A stretch of 27,296 bases of DNA from a virus (lineage: Duplodnaviria; Caudoviricetes). Position numbers and translations under genes: made by a program. The notes under the pieces were generated by a model. The model ran no database searches and had not been told where the DNA came from. It saw only the letters and a list, made by a program, of their open reading frames with translations. Positions 9,134 to 17,801 of this stretch are shown piece by piece. Where the stretch lies: the IMG/VR virus record IMGVR_UViG_3300014775_000324, positions 1 through 27,296 of that record, one strand, 5' to 3'. Each line of letters starts with the position of its first letter. The first letter of the stretch is position 1.

Positions 9134-11372
9134 TTGGTACATATACTGTTAATGGTACTACTTCTCTTGTTGACGTTATAGAAACCCCATCATAGAAACA
9201 AGATTGGTCTGCTGTGATTGTTAACGAATCTACTCTATCTATTGTTGAATCTACAGTTATACACAATACTTCAGGTACAAACTTGTCAGGGATTACAGGG
9301 TCTACTTCTATTGTTGCACCTGCCTCTTGTTTAACATTTATTAACTCTAATGTAGATTGTGTAGTTTCAAAGTTTGTTGTTAACTTATTGATTCTATATA
9401 GGTTGTCAAAGATTCTAACTTTATCCGCTAACGATAAATTCATTGTCACAGACAAAGGCAAATACGCTTTTACTTTTGTCAATCTACGTTGTGGGTCAAA
9501 TATTTCTTTAACGTAATTTTTATAATATGTGTCAAATAACGTTTGTGTATAAGGCACTAAACCAAACTCATTAACCTCTGAATTAAAGTTTATGTTTTGT
9601 GAATCCGTAGTGCTTACACTATTAGAAGGAATATAAACACCTGTATGTGATACTAAATCTCCATCTGACTCAATTACACCTATTGTTTCGTTTTGTTGAA
9701 TAGGATAAAAGAATAAGGGTTTACCTAAATTAGGACTTTGCTTAATATCAGCACTCCATCCCCATTGTAGGTTGGTAAATGTATCTCCATTAATATCTTT
9801 TAGCTTTTCGTATTTAAAGTGTTCTAAAGGTATTGTAATAGTATATGCTTGTCCTTCAAATTTATCTGATGCTCTGTATTGTAAAGTACCCCATTCTTGG
9901 TTAAATAGTTCGCTATGGTTTTTAGCAAAGAAGTTGTCGTGTCCATCATATCTTAAATTAACCTGTTTATAGGGTAATACTGAATCTACACTTGATTCTG
10001 ATTTATCAAGATACTCTGTTATATTCCAAGTTGTTGTACTACTTGCATAGAAATCATCTAATGTCTTTACTTCAATTATTCCTGCATCGTTTTGGAAAGA
10101 AGTGAGATTAAACATCTTAAATAACGATGTAATAAAATCTATTACTTTCAAATCAGGCAATTGGTTAGCAGGTCTAAATTGTACGTCTGTTAAAACCTCT
10201 GCTGTTGCAGTAAAATATATGTTAGGCTTAAATGTTCCATCTCTTTCTACATACATTTCTATATCATAAGTACTTGGTATATCTGATTCTATAGCAAATG
10301 TATAGCTACCATCCTCTAATACCAACCCTCTAATATCTACCCATTCTCCTGTAGTAGCATCTCTTGATACGTTGTCATATCTTTCATATACTTCTCCATT
10401 TTTGTAAATAACAAAACTAAATTCATCTGCTACTGATGGAGTGATTGTAACATCTAAACGTCTTTCTTTTCTTCCTCTTGGTGTTCCTGCTATAGATGCT
10501 GCAGGTGCTACAAAATAATTATCATATATATCTATAGTGTTTCCATTTTCGTAACCAAGAATAAAATCCCCAACGGGAGTTACATTACCCTCATCTTCAA
10601 ATAATCCTCCTGTCTTGTTGTGTAACCACAAATAAAGGTTATAGAAAGGTTCGTTAGTTGTATTAAAGAAATCAGTACTAAAGGTTATTCCGTATTGTTG
10701 CTCTATAGCTTTTAAAATAACGTATATTCTCAACGCAGGTTTAAGTTGTGATAGTTGTAAACCGTGTGTACTTCCTGCTTCGTATGCTATATTATTTTGA
10801 GTGTCGGTATTGTCGTATGCGCTTCCTACTGCTGAATCGTAAACTAACCTTTTGGTATGTGTTATCAAAGGAAAGATAATAGCATCTGTATAAGTTGTGC
10901 CTGAATGTGTAATATCTAACCCACTTTGCATATAGGTTTTAATATTAGCATCTGAATAGGTAAACTTAAACGCATCATCTTTAAGCATAGATAAGGCATC
11001 TAATTTATCTTCTCCTATAAGGTCTTTTAGATTAATACCATTACCAAAGAAAGTAAGATTGTAAGTGTGTGCTTTATTATCTTTTCTTGTAGCACCCTCT
11101 AATTTTATTTTACCTTTCTTGAATAATTTGTAGTTGAGGTATATCTCTGCATCTTTCTTTTTTCTTGCATCAAATCCTATAATATGATAATCATAGAAAT
11201 GCTTAAATATCTTGTTATTGGTTTTAGATGCAGGAACATTAAAAGAACGTGAGAAGTCCGTAAATACTTTCTCAATATCCTTTACATCCTGTAAGGTTTG
11301 TGTTAGTGTTACAGATTCATCTTGGAATAAATCAACTTCCTGACCCTCTATGTATAATTGTAGGTTTAGCAT
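9126..11372 (-). CDS. Tail tip / baseplate hub-like protein
   Basis: 748 aa. N-terminal LYIEG..VDLF...FSRSFNVPAS..NNKIF and PDLKVIDFITSLFKMFNL are typical of Bacteroidota siphovirus tail proteins. Confidence 0.7.
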   Translation of the reverse strand: MLNLQLYIEGQEVDLFQDESVTLTQTLQDVKDIEKVFTDFSRSFNVPASKTNNKIFKHFYDYHIIGFDARKKKDAEIYLNYKLFKKGKIKLEGATRKDNKAHTYNLTFFGNGINLKDLIGEDKLDALSMLKDDAFKFTYSDANIKTYMQSGLDITHSGTTYTDAIIFPLITHTKRLVYDSAVGSAYDNTDTQNNIAYEAGSTHGLQLSQLKPALRIYVILKAIEQQYGITFSTDFFNTTNEPFYNLYLWLHNKTGGLFEDEGNVTPVGDFILGYENGNTIDIYDNYFVAPAASIAGTPRGRKERRLDVTITPSVADEFSFVIYKNGEVYERYDNVSRDATTGEWVDIRGLVLEDGSYTFAIESDIPSTYDIEMYVERDGTFKPNIYFTATAEVLTDVQFRPANQLPDLKVIDFITSLFKMFNLTSFQNDAGIIEVKTLDDFYASSTTTWNITEYLDKSESSVDSVLPYKQVNLRYDGHDNFFAKNHSELFNQEWGTLQYRASDKFEGQAYTITIPLEHFKYEKLKDINGDTFTNLQWGWSADIKQSPNLGKPLFFYPIQQNETIGVIESDGDLVSHTGVYIPSNSVSTTDSQNINFNSEVNEFGLVPYTQTLFDTYYKNYVKEIFDPQRRLTKVKAYLPLSVTMNLSLADKVRIFDNLYRINKLTTNFETTQSTLELINVKQEAGATIEVDPVIPDKFVPEVLCITVDSTIDRVDSLTITADQSCFYDGVSITSTREVVPLTVYVPND

Positions 11373-12358
11373 TAACGTACATTGTTTATCTTGTTAAACG
11401 CAAATTCAAAATCTATTGTGTAGTTTGCTAATCTGTCATTAACGCTTGTTTTTAATGTTAGTGATTTAGTTTTGGGTATAATAGGTAGTGTGTCGCTACC
11501 TTGTTTAATCCATACATTTTCAGATAGGAATAATTCTTCTATTGCACTATTGCTATCCTCATTTATAAATCCTGTATTTAGAGTTATACTCTTTTTAGCG
11601 TTAGTGTTATACCTTTCTTGTTGCCCTCCGTATGTAGGATATGTAACGGTTGAGTTCTCTATTGTGTTTCGTTTGAATTGCTCATCGGTTACGTTAAAAG
11701 ATTCTATTGATTTTTTAAAGAACCAAAGGTCTTGATACGCACCGTACTTATTTACAAACGTTACTTTATATGGAGTGTATTTAGGTTCACATACATTATT
11801 TACTGTAATTGTCTTTAATAGCGTAGAATCATCCGTATCGTAAACTTGAATAGTAGAACTATCTGCAGGTATTGTAACGTACTGTATCTTTTGATTAGTG
11901 TTTCCGTTGTCTGTAATTTCTGTATCTACTGAATCAATAGTAACCTTTCCTACACCCTCTGCAAATATTGGTAGTTTTCCTGCAGTACCTTCAGGTAGAT
12001 AAATAGTATTTGGAGTAAATAAAGCGTGTCTTTGTAGTTCAGGGTTTATCTCATCCTCAAAATACCCATATCCATTTGTAGCAATATAGGTATTACTTAC
12101 AGGAGAACCATAAGTATATACTTGGTCGTTTTCGTCTAATATAGTTGCGACAGTAGTAACCCAAAGCACTCTTGATAAATAGTCATCATTAAAAGTTAAA
12201 TCTAAATAATCTCTTATGAGTTCCGCTATCTCAAATACTACATTAGTGTCTCCACTCAATATTTCTTTTTGTATTTGATATTTAAGGTCTGAATCGGTAT
12301 AGCTTCCTGCTGTACCTTCATAAATATATACCTGTAAATCTACCGTTTTAATTGCCAT
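11372..12358 (-). CDS. Distal tail (Dit-like) protein
   Basis: 328 aa. FVNKYGAYQDLWF and LNTGFINE...EELFLSENVW motifs, coupled to the hub gene. Confidence 0.6.
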   Translation of the reverse strand: MAIKTVDLQVYIYEGTAGSYTDSDLKYQIQKEILSGDTNVVFEIAELIRDYLDLTFNDDYLSRVLWVTTVATILDENDQVYTYGSPVSNTYIATNGYGYFEDEINPELQRHALFTPNTIYLPEGTAGKLPIFAEGVGKVTIDSVDTEITDNGNTNQKIQYVTIPADSSTIQVYDTDDSTLLKTITVNNVCEPKYTPYKVTFVNKYGAYQDLWFFKKSIESFNVTDEQFKRNTIENSTVTYPTYGGQQERYNTNAKKSITLNTGFINEDSNSAIEELFLSENVWIKQGSDTLPIIPKTKSLTLKTSVNDRLANYTIDFEFAFNKINNVR

Positions 12359-12364
12359 ATCTTA

Positions 12365-13945
12365 TTATGCTAATCTTGTAAATATTCCTGTTGTCCAATT
12401 CGCCTGCCAAACTTCTGTGATAAATCCATTTGTTTCAACTCTCAAATACCAATCAAATACATTTTGTGCAGGAGTTTGTCGAAAATATTCTCGTGATTTA
12501 GTTACCCTTGTATATGGATATTGTAGCGCTCCGCTTGTATATGTAAATCGTCTTGGTGTTAATGGTATATGCAACGTACAAAAAGTAGTATTAATGTTGT
12601 TTTGTACATAAGCACTTTCTAAACTTATAGGTGTATCTGATGAACCACGAAGAACCGTATGACTATTTTTTCCGTATGCCAAATACGCACCCTCTACACT
12701 TCTATAAGGATTTGACCAATATGTATAATCTAAAGTGGGGTAAGCTGCTTGTACTTGTGCAATAGTCATATATCTATCCCAAACAGATGTATTCCACCAT
12801 TTTTCTATACCACAAGTTAATTCAATAGCGGGTTGGGTCATCGTTACAGGACAAGTAATGTCAGTACCACTATTATCATATCCACTTGCAGGTGCAGTTA
12901 TTGTATAAGTAACTGTTCTACTTGTATTAGTAAATACTTGAGGAAATGATATTGGGCTAAAACTTTTTATAGTTCCTTTATCCGCAGTTCCAACTTTTAT
13001 AATTCCTGATGTGGTTATTGCTTGTCCTGTAAGTCCTGCTGTATCACAATCAAATTCAGGCAAAGCACTACTCACTTGATAATACACTTTAGAACATTCT
13101 ACGGTTGCGCCTGTGTTTGAATATCCTGTTGGTACGGTAATATCAAAATATAATGTCCATTCTATAAAAGACCCTGTATTATTTGCAGGAACGCTTGTAA
13201 TAGGTGTACCTCCGCTTGATGTTTTCATAGCAGTAATAGTTCCATTTACAGTAGGTTGCACTATACTACCATCTTGATTTATAAGACCTCCTGTTATATA
13301 AGAATCATCACAAGTGTAAGCAGCTGTAGCAGTTGTCGTTATTTGAATAGATTGTGTAGCATTACAGGTCAATGGGTCTCCATCATTTGCTTCTACATAT
13401 AGATTATGAGTTCCTGCTTTTGATTTAGACACTATCGTTAAATCACTACCATCTATTGTGTAGTCAAAATAATCGGGATAGTTATTTGTGATTGTGTAGA
13501 AAGATATAGGGTCTACTCCCGCAGTAAAGTAAGAAGAAACGTCAATAGTAACTGTGTCTCCACCTGTATCTAATGATTGATTAGGAATACTTCCACTTGT
13601 TGTTACCCCTCCTGTACAAACAAAAGTAGGTTGTGTAGCGGTTGCAGTACAATCTATTGTATCATTATTTGCATTTGTAAATTCAGGAGGAATACTAATA
13701 GTAAATGTAACCGTTCTTGATGTATCACTTCCTACGGTAGCAAATCTACCATCAGAGAAATCTCCATCAGTAGAAGTATAAGATAATATTGTACCGTATT
13801 TAGGTATCGGTTTTGTAACATTACCAAATTGGTCTACGGAAAATCCTTGTAGGTCTATTAGCGCGCAAGTTAATTCTACACTTGGTGGTGTAGGTTCTCC
13901 ATAACTTGCATAAAACGGACTTCTTACATTTATTTTAGTACTCAT
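12365..13945 (-). CDS. Tail-associated adhesin-like protein with three Cys-bracketed repeats and an Ig-like domain
   Basis: 526 aa, Thr-rich. Repeats at about aa 25-106, 210-290 and 298-372 (TSRTVTxTI..P..C..T.TQP). Confidence 0.65.
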   Translation of the reverse strand: MSTKINVRSPFYASYGEPTPPSVELTCALIDLQGFSVDQFGNVTKPIPKYGTILSYTSTDGDFSDGRFATVGSDTSRTVTFTISIPPEFTNANNDTIDCTATATQPTFVCTGGVTTSGSIPNQSLDTGGDTVTIDVSSYFTAGVDPISFYTITNNYPDYFDYTIDGSDLTIVSKSKAGTHNLYVEANDGDPLTCNATQSIQITTTATAAYTCDDSYITGGLINQDGSIVQPTVNGTITAMKTSSGGTPITSVPANNTGSFIEWTLYFDITVPTGYSNTGATVECSKVYYQVSSALPEFDCDTAGLTGQAITTSGIIKVGTADKGTIKSFSPISFPQVFTNTSRTVTYTITAPASGYDNSGTDITCPVTMTQPAIELTCGIEKWWNTSVWDRYMTIAQVQAAYPTLDYTYWSNPYRSVEGAYLAYGKNSHTVLRGSSDTPISLESAYVQNNINTTFCTLHIPLTPRRFTYTSGALQYPYTRVTKSREYFRQTPAQNVFDWYLRVETNGFITEVWQANWTTGIFTRLA

Positions 13946-14472
13946 CTCAATCTATCTTGTTTTAATGTATATGCCAAGAAATCTTCTACGTCTAAACCAA
14001 ACTTCTCTACAAGTTCATCAGGTAGTTTCTTGAATCCTTGTTCAAATGGTTTAGTAAAGAATAAACTTGGTTTGATTCCTTTTCTGTATATGCTTCTTGC
14101 TATTAAATATCCTATTGTGTTGTAATTCCCTTTTGTGAACTTACCCTGTTCGTCTCTTAATCTTATGTTTCTACTCTTTGCCCAATCTGCTAAAGGTTTA
14201 ACAGGAGGCATCTTTGACTTATAAGAGAAGGGTGTGTTGTATTTCTTTTGCGTACCACTTACCCCTTTGTCTTGATACATTCCATATTCATCCATTTCAA
14301 ATTCCACAAGAATAGAATTAGGCATCTCCTTTACATACCCCTTCAAACTATTATAAAGCCCTTTAGAGACGTTCTTACGACCTTTTGTAAGTCGTGTGCG
14401 TGCTTGTTGTATAACAAACGCTTTAAACGCTTCTAATGCTTCCTGTGTTTTTGTTAGTTGCATATTAATCAC
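13942..14472 (-). CDS. Neck/tail completion protein (HK97 gp10-like)
   Basis: 176 aa, basic. SKGLYNSL, YGMYQDKG, IARSIYRKGIKPSLFF motifs. Confidence 0.6.
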   Translation of the reverse strand: MINMQLTKTQEALEAFKAFVIQQARTRLTKGRKNVSKGLYNSLKGYVKEMPNSILVEFEMDEYGMYQDKGVSGTQKKYNTPFSYKSKMPPVKPLADWAKSRNIRLRDEQGKFTKGNYNTIGYLIARSIYRKGIKPSLFFTKPFEQGFKKLPDELVEKFGLDVEDFLAYTLKQDRLR

Positions 14473-14923
14473 AAATAGTCATATCGTTTTGTACTACTAC
14501 ATCAAAGGTAGCTGCCCATCCTGCTAACTTGTTTTCAAATCTATCTACAAAAGGTTCACAAGTAACATCTCCCTCTATTTGATAAAGGTCTGTATATAGG
14601 TCTCCTCTTTGTAGTGTATTTATTACTCTTGTTTGTAAAGCTAATTGAGTGTTTAGTACGTCTTGTTCATTGTCGTTTCCTACAAACACATCTGTAACCT
14701 CATCTTTACTAACATCTACAATATCCATAGAAAGAATACTGATATTAAAAGTAAGCGTTTTAGTTCCTACTATTGTATTGTTTACTGTGATGTGAGATAA
14801 AGGAAAGATGGTTTGCTTGTTGAGGTCTACATCATCAATAGAACCAAATGTAACTGTATTTACAAATGGCTCTGCTATGAGTGCATCTTTTAGTTTATCT
14901 GTTACGTTGTAAAACCCTTTCAT
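14465..14923 (-). CDS. Tail terminator-like protein
   Basis: 152 aa, acidic. FPLSHI and CEPFVDRFENKLAGW motifs, in the tail module. Confidence 0.55.
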   Translation of the reverse strand: MKGFYNVTDKLKDALIAEPFVNTVTFGSIDDVDLNKQTIFPLSHITVNNTIVGTKTLTFNISILSMDIVDVSKDEVTDVFVGNDNEQDVLNTQLALQTRVINTLQRGDLYTDLYQIEGDVTCEPFVDRFENKLAGWAATFDVVVQNDMTICD

Positions 14924-15171
14924 CGTTTCTTAATCAGTTTCTTTTCTAATTCTATTTTATCTTTTTCAAATGCTAAATACATTAAGCACTCGTGTACGTT
15001 GAGTTTGGTAATTTTATCAAACTTGGTAACATCCCCTTTAGCGATTCCATAGATTGATTGATACCAACCCCACTTGCTTCCAAACGTTCCTTCTGATGAG
15101 TAGTCAGATTGTTCACTTCCTTCTGTAAATAGTTCAGGATAGTTGTTATTAACTCGCTGTTTAAATTCCAA
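14920..15171 (-). CDS. Tail assembly chaperone C-terminal extension (gpGT-like, reached by -1 frameshift)
   Basis: In the -1 frame relative to 14982..15653 and called from the T9 run. Its stop is coupled (ATGA) to the next gene. Confidence 0.7.
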   Translation of the reverse strand: MEFKQRVNNNYPELFTEGSEQSDYSSEGTFGSKWGWYQSIYGIAKGDVTKFDKITKLNVHECLMYLAFEKDKIELEKKLIKKR

Positions 15172-15653
15172 AAAAAAACCATAGCAGAAAAGACCACATC
15201 TAAAGGTGCATCTTTCATTATATCGTTCATTCCTTTGTACTTATCTATTGTGTATTTGTGTCCTTTCTTAAACGTGATTGGTCTATATAAAACACTCATT
15301 GCTTTGTGCATACTTTGCCAATCTCCCAAGTTCTCATCAAGGTCTACATACTCGCCTAAAGTCATATCATCCAATACAGGTATAAATCCGTATTCTACGC
15401 CTCTTAAATTAAACGTAGGTATTAAACTATGCTTTGTATCAAATACTTTGTTTAGATGTACTGCAATCTCCTGTACGGACTTGTATTTAATCTCTGCTAC
15501 GTCTTTTAAATCAAGATTGCAAAATATCTCTACCATCTTCTGAAGTAGAAAAGTAGAACCTTGATTTTCTTCTGTGTTTAGCTTTTCAAATCTTTGATAC
15601 TGTGCTAAAGTTATTTCGTTTAGCGAGTCAGGTACGTTTATTTCAACTTTCAT
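14982..15653 (-). CDS. Tail assembly chaperone (gpG-like)
   Basis: 223-aa ORF containing GTT TTT TTT TGG slippery site at codons 159-162. Confidence 0.7.
   Translation of the reverse strand: MKVEINVPDSLNEITLAQYQRFEKLNTEENQGSTFLLQKMVEIFCNLDLKDVAEIKYKSVQEIAVHLNKVFDTKHSLIPTFNLRGVEYGFIPVLDDMTLGEYVDLDENLGDWQSMHKAMSVLYRPITFKKGHKYTIDKYKGMNDIMKDAPLDVVFSAMVFFWNLNSELITTILNYLQKEVNNLTTHQKERLEASGVGINQSMESLKGMLPSLIKLPNSTYTSA
15170..15179 (-). other. Programmed -1 ribosomal frameshift site (T TTT TTT)
   Basis: A9 at 15170-15178 on the plus strand gives an in-frame X XXY YYZ heptamer at 15177-15171. Confidence 0.7.
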
Positions 15654-15658
15654 ATAAT

Positions 15659-15685
15659 TACAATAAATTAATTACTAATATGTAT
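15659..15685 (-). promoter_or_regulatory. Variant late promoter ATACATA-N14-ATTGTA (tail operon)
   Basis: Same downstream box and spacing as the five perfect copies, 4/7 match in the upstream box. 5 nt upstream of ATG 15653. Confidence 0.55.
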
Positions 15686-15692
15686 AAAAAGG

Positions 15693-15712
15693 AAAAGGTA
15701 GCCAATGCTACC
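15693..15712 (-). terminator. Rho-independent terminator ending the small-ORF island
   Basis: GGTAGC-ATTG-GCTACC followed by TTTTCCTTTTT on the minus strand. Confidence 0.65.
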
Positions 15713-15739
15713 CAATCCTCAAACAAAAATCAAATGAAA

Positions 15740-15973
15740 CTACTTATTGATAAATCTTTCGTAAGCGTATTTATAAGCTGTTATTATTGCTTCACTCAGT
15801 TCTATACTATTTTGTTTATATGTTTCACTTCCTTCTACTTTTCCTTTGCCTTTGTAATCTATATATAATGTAACGTCAACTCCTTTTTGTACTCCACGCT
15901 TTGTAGGTTTTTGCACTACATATATATCATCATCCCAGCAGGCTTTTACCTTGTTAATGTAATCTATATCCAA
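15740..15973 (-). CDS. Hypothetical protein (77 aa)
   Basis: ORF track (TTG start), followed by a terminator. Confidence 0.6.
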   Translation of the reverse strand: MDIDYINKVKACWDDDIYVVQKPTKRGVQKGVDVTLYIDYKGKGKVEGSETYKQNSIELSEAIITAYKYAYERFINK

Positions 15974-16110
15974 CCTAGATCATATCTTAAATATAAAAAC
16001 CCATATAAAAAAGCATACATACTAGCGTAAGCTATAGCGTTAAATAGTATAGCTAATAATATATTCTTTTTTGTAAACACTTGTTTTAATATTTGTATAT
16101 CTTCTTTCAT
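15964..16110 (-). CDS. Small membrane protein (48 aa)
   Basis: Not in ORF track. MKEDIQILKQVFTKKNILLAILFNAIAYASMYAFLYGFLYLRYDLGWI, one hydrophobic segment. Confidence 0.6.
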   Translation of the reverse strand: MKEDIQILKQVFTKKNILLAILFNAIAYASMYAFLYGFLYLRYDLGWI

Positions 16111-16112
16111 AA

Positions 16113-16262
16113 TTAAAATAAATTAGTTTTACCAAATGTAGGGTACACTTCTGCATCCCGCAGCCTATCTAATTTTGTGGCTTCACGAATCTCACGTTCT
16201 AACTCTGCTTGGCGTTTTGCCTTTATTAAGTTGTGTAAAAACTGTTCTCTTGATTTGCTCAT
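16113..16262 (-). CDS. Small hypothetical protein (49 aa)
   Basis: Not in ORF track. MSKSREQFLHNLIKAKRQAELEREIREATKLDRLRDAEVYPTFGKTNLF abuts the next ORF. Confidence 0.6.
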   Translation of the reverse strand: MSKSREQFLHNLIKAKRQAELEREIREATKLDRLRDAEVYPTFGKTNLF

Positions 16263-16274
16263 AATATAAGTATT

Positions 16275-16296
16275 AAAAAGGGGAGTTGCCTCCCCC
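16275..16296 (-). terminator. Rho-independent terminator with GCAA tetraloop
   Basis: GGGGAG-GCAA-CTCCCC followed by TTTTT on the minus strand. Confidence 0.85.
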
Positions 16297-16302
16297 TATT
16301 AT

Positions 16303-16551
16303 TTATTTTACTTCTATACTATTTATTAATTCTGTAGTACAATACATAGGCTCCCATCCTTGTTCTATAGTTAAATCTTCTTGACTATTATAAACTAATC
16401 CTTTTTTAATTAAAGAACTTAATACTCCTTTTTCCTCGTCATTAAGCCCTAACCCATCAAATTCTGAGTAACCTGTGTTTTTACCATCTACTTCACTATC
16501 TATTATTTCGTGTAAAAGTAAATTTTCTTTTTTTGTAATTTGTGTTTTCAT
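16303..16551 (-). CDS. Hypothetical acidic protein (82 aa, possible winged helix)
   Basis: ORF track. KGVLSSLIKKGLV resembles a wHTH end. Has its own upstream promoter-like box and a downstream terminator. Confidence 0.6.
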   Translation of the reverse strand: MKTQITKKENLLLHEIIDSEVDGKNTGYSEFDGLGLNDEEKGVLSSLIKKGLVYNSQEDLTIEQGWEPMYCTTELINSIEVK

Positions 16552-16576
16552 TGTATAGTTGTTTTTGTTTTACTTT

Positions 16577-16585
16577 GTAAATATA
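16577..16585 (-). promoter_or_regulatory. Putative early promoter -7 box TATATTTAC
   Basis: Variant of the Bacteroidota TAnnTTTG box. Same 9-mer is intergenic at 21259 and 25628. Confidence 0.45.
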
Positions 16586-16630
16586 TAAACATTTTTTTAA
16601 CTATTATATATTTTAACAAAATTTTAACAT

Positions 16631-17800
16631 TTAGTAAATGTAATATTCTCCTTTATTTGGATTTTCTAACTGATCTGTTAGTACATATCTTGCAGCATCT
16701 ATACAGTCAGGATGCGCACCTGTAGGCTTTTGTAGTGTATTGCCTTCTTTATCTTTTGCCCACACATATCCCTGTAGTTCTCTTTTTAAATTCTTGCTTC
16801 TTGCAGTTATATATATTTCGTTCTGGTTTATTAGATTAATACCATATACTACACTATCCCTGCCTTTGCTTACAGGGTAAACAGTATGCCCATAACCATT
16901 TAGTTCAGCAATACTTTTAGGTTCAGCTGAGTCTGCTATAATGTTTTCTTTTATATCATGCTGGCTTAAGAATCTACTTATATCCCTGTTTAGCATTCCT
17001 TTCTTATAAAGCACCTCATCAAATATATAAGCATCATTCCATTTGTAAAGTGCTATCAAGGTAGTAGGGTCAACTGAATAACCAAAGTCCATACCATACG
17101 CTAATAGTCGTGCATCTTCAGGTAGATTGTCTATTTCTTTCCAATCAGGAATACATACACCCTCTAACGAACCTGTTTCTCCCAATCCATATACCCTCCA
17201 CCAATTAGCCCAATAGGTTGATATCTTTGCTTTCTCTTTAGCTTTTTCTATTTCTTTTACAATACTTTCAGGTAGCGCATCATTGTCTTTATAAGTTAAT
17301 GTAATGTAATCCGTATCAGGTTTGCCTATTAGTTCTTTATCTACCCAAAACAAGTTAGAAGGGTTATAATCTAACCAGATAATCCCGCTTGTTCTTACCG
17401 CTAACTGTGTGTAAGCATCAAAAGGTACATTGTTGCACTCGTTAATATATAGGTCAGTCCGCCTTGCACCTCTTAGTTTATCAGGTTGGTCAGTAGAAAA
17501 GAATTCTATATAGCTATTATTTGAAAAGGTGTATTTTAAGGTACTTTTATTAAACTGACCATCTTTATACCTATGTTGACCTTTTAAAATGCCTAAGAAG
17601 TCCTTTAAAGCGCCTCTACGAAGGTGTGGTATGCTTTCACTTACTACGCTTATTTCTTTATTAGGGTTTTTTACTGCATAGTCTATTAAGATAGCTAATA
17701 TAGATATAGTTTTACTTGCTGAGGTTCCACCCTTAACAATTCGTATCCTACTATTTAGCTTCCTAAGTTTTTTAGTCGCAATAGTTTGCTTAATACGCAT
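16631..17800 (-). CDS. terL: Terminase large subunit (PBSX/Terminase_3 family)
   Basis: Walker A GGTSASKT, Walker B LYINE, nuclease GMDFG, DSAEP and DCIDAARY motifs. Confidence 0.95.
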   Translation of the reverse strand: MRIKQTIATKKLRKLNSRIRIVKGGTSASKTISILAILIDYAVKNPNKEISVVSESIPHLRRGALKDFLGILKGQHRYKDGQFNKSTLKYTFSNNSYIEFFSTDQPDKLRGARRTDLYINECNNVPFDAYTQLAVRTSGIIWLDYNPSNLFWVDKELIGKPDTDYITLTYKDNDALPESIVKEIEKAKEKAKISTYWANWWRVYGLGETGSLEGVCIPDWKEIDNLPEDARLLAYGMDFGYSVDPTTLIALYKWNDAYIFDEVLYKKGMLNRDISRFLSQHDIKENIIADSAEPKSIAELNGYGHTVYPVSKGRDSVVYGINLINQNEIYITARSKNLKRELQGYVWAKDKEGNTLQKPTGAHPDCIDAARYVLTDQLENPNKGEYYIY

Positions 17801-17801
17801 A

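Noticed and set aside
13648-13674. Partial match to the late promoter (ATGCAAA-N14-ATTGTA)
   Set aside because: Deep inside a coding region, degenerate upstream box, and no annotated gene start nearby.
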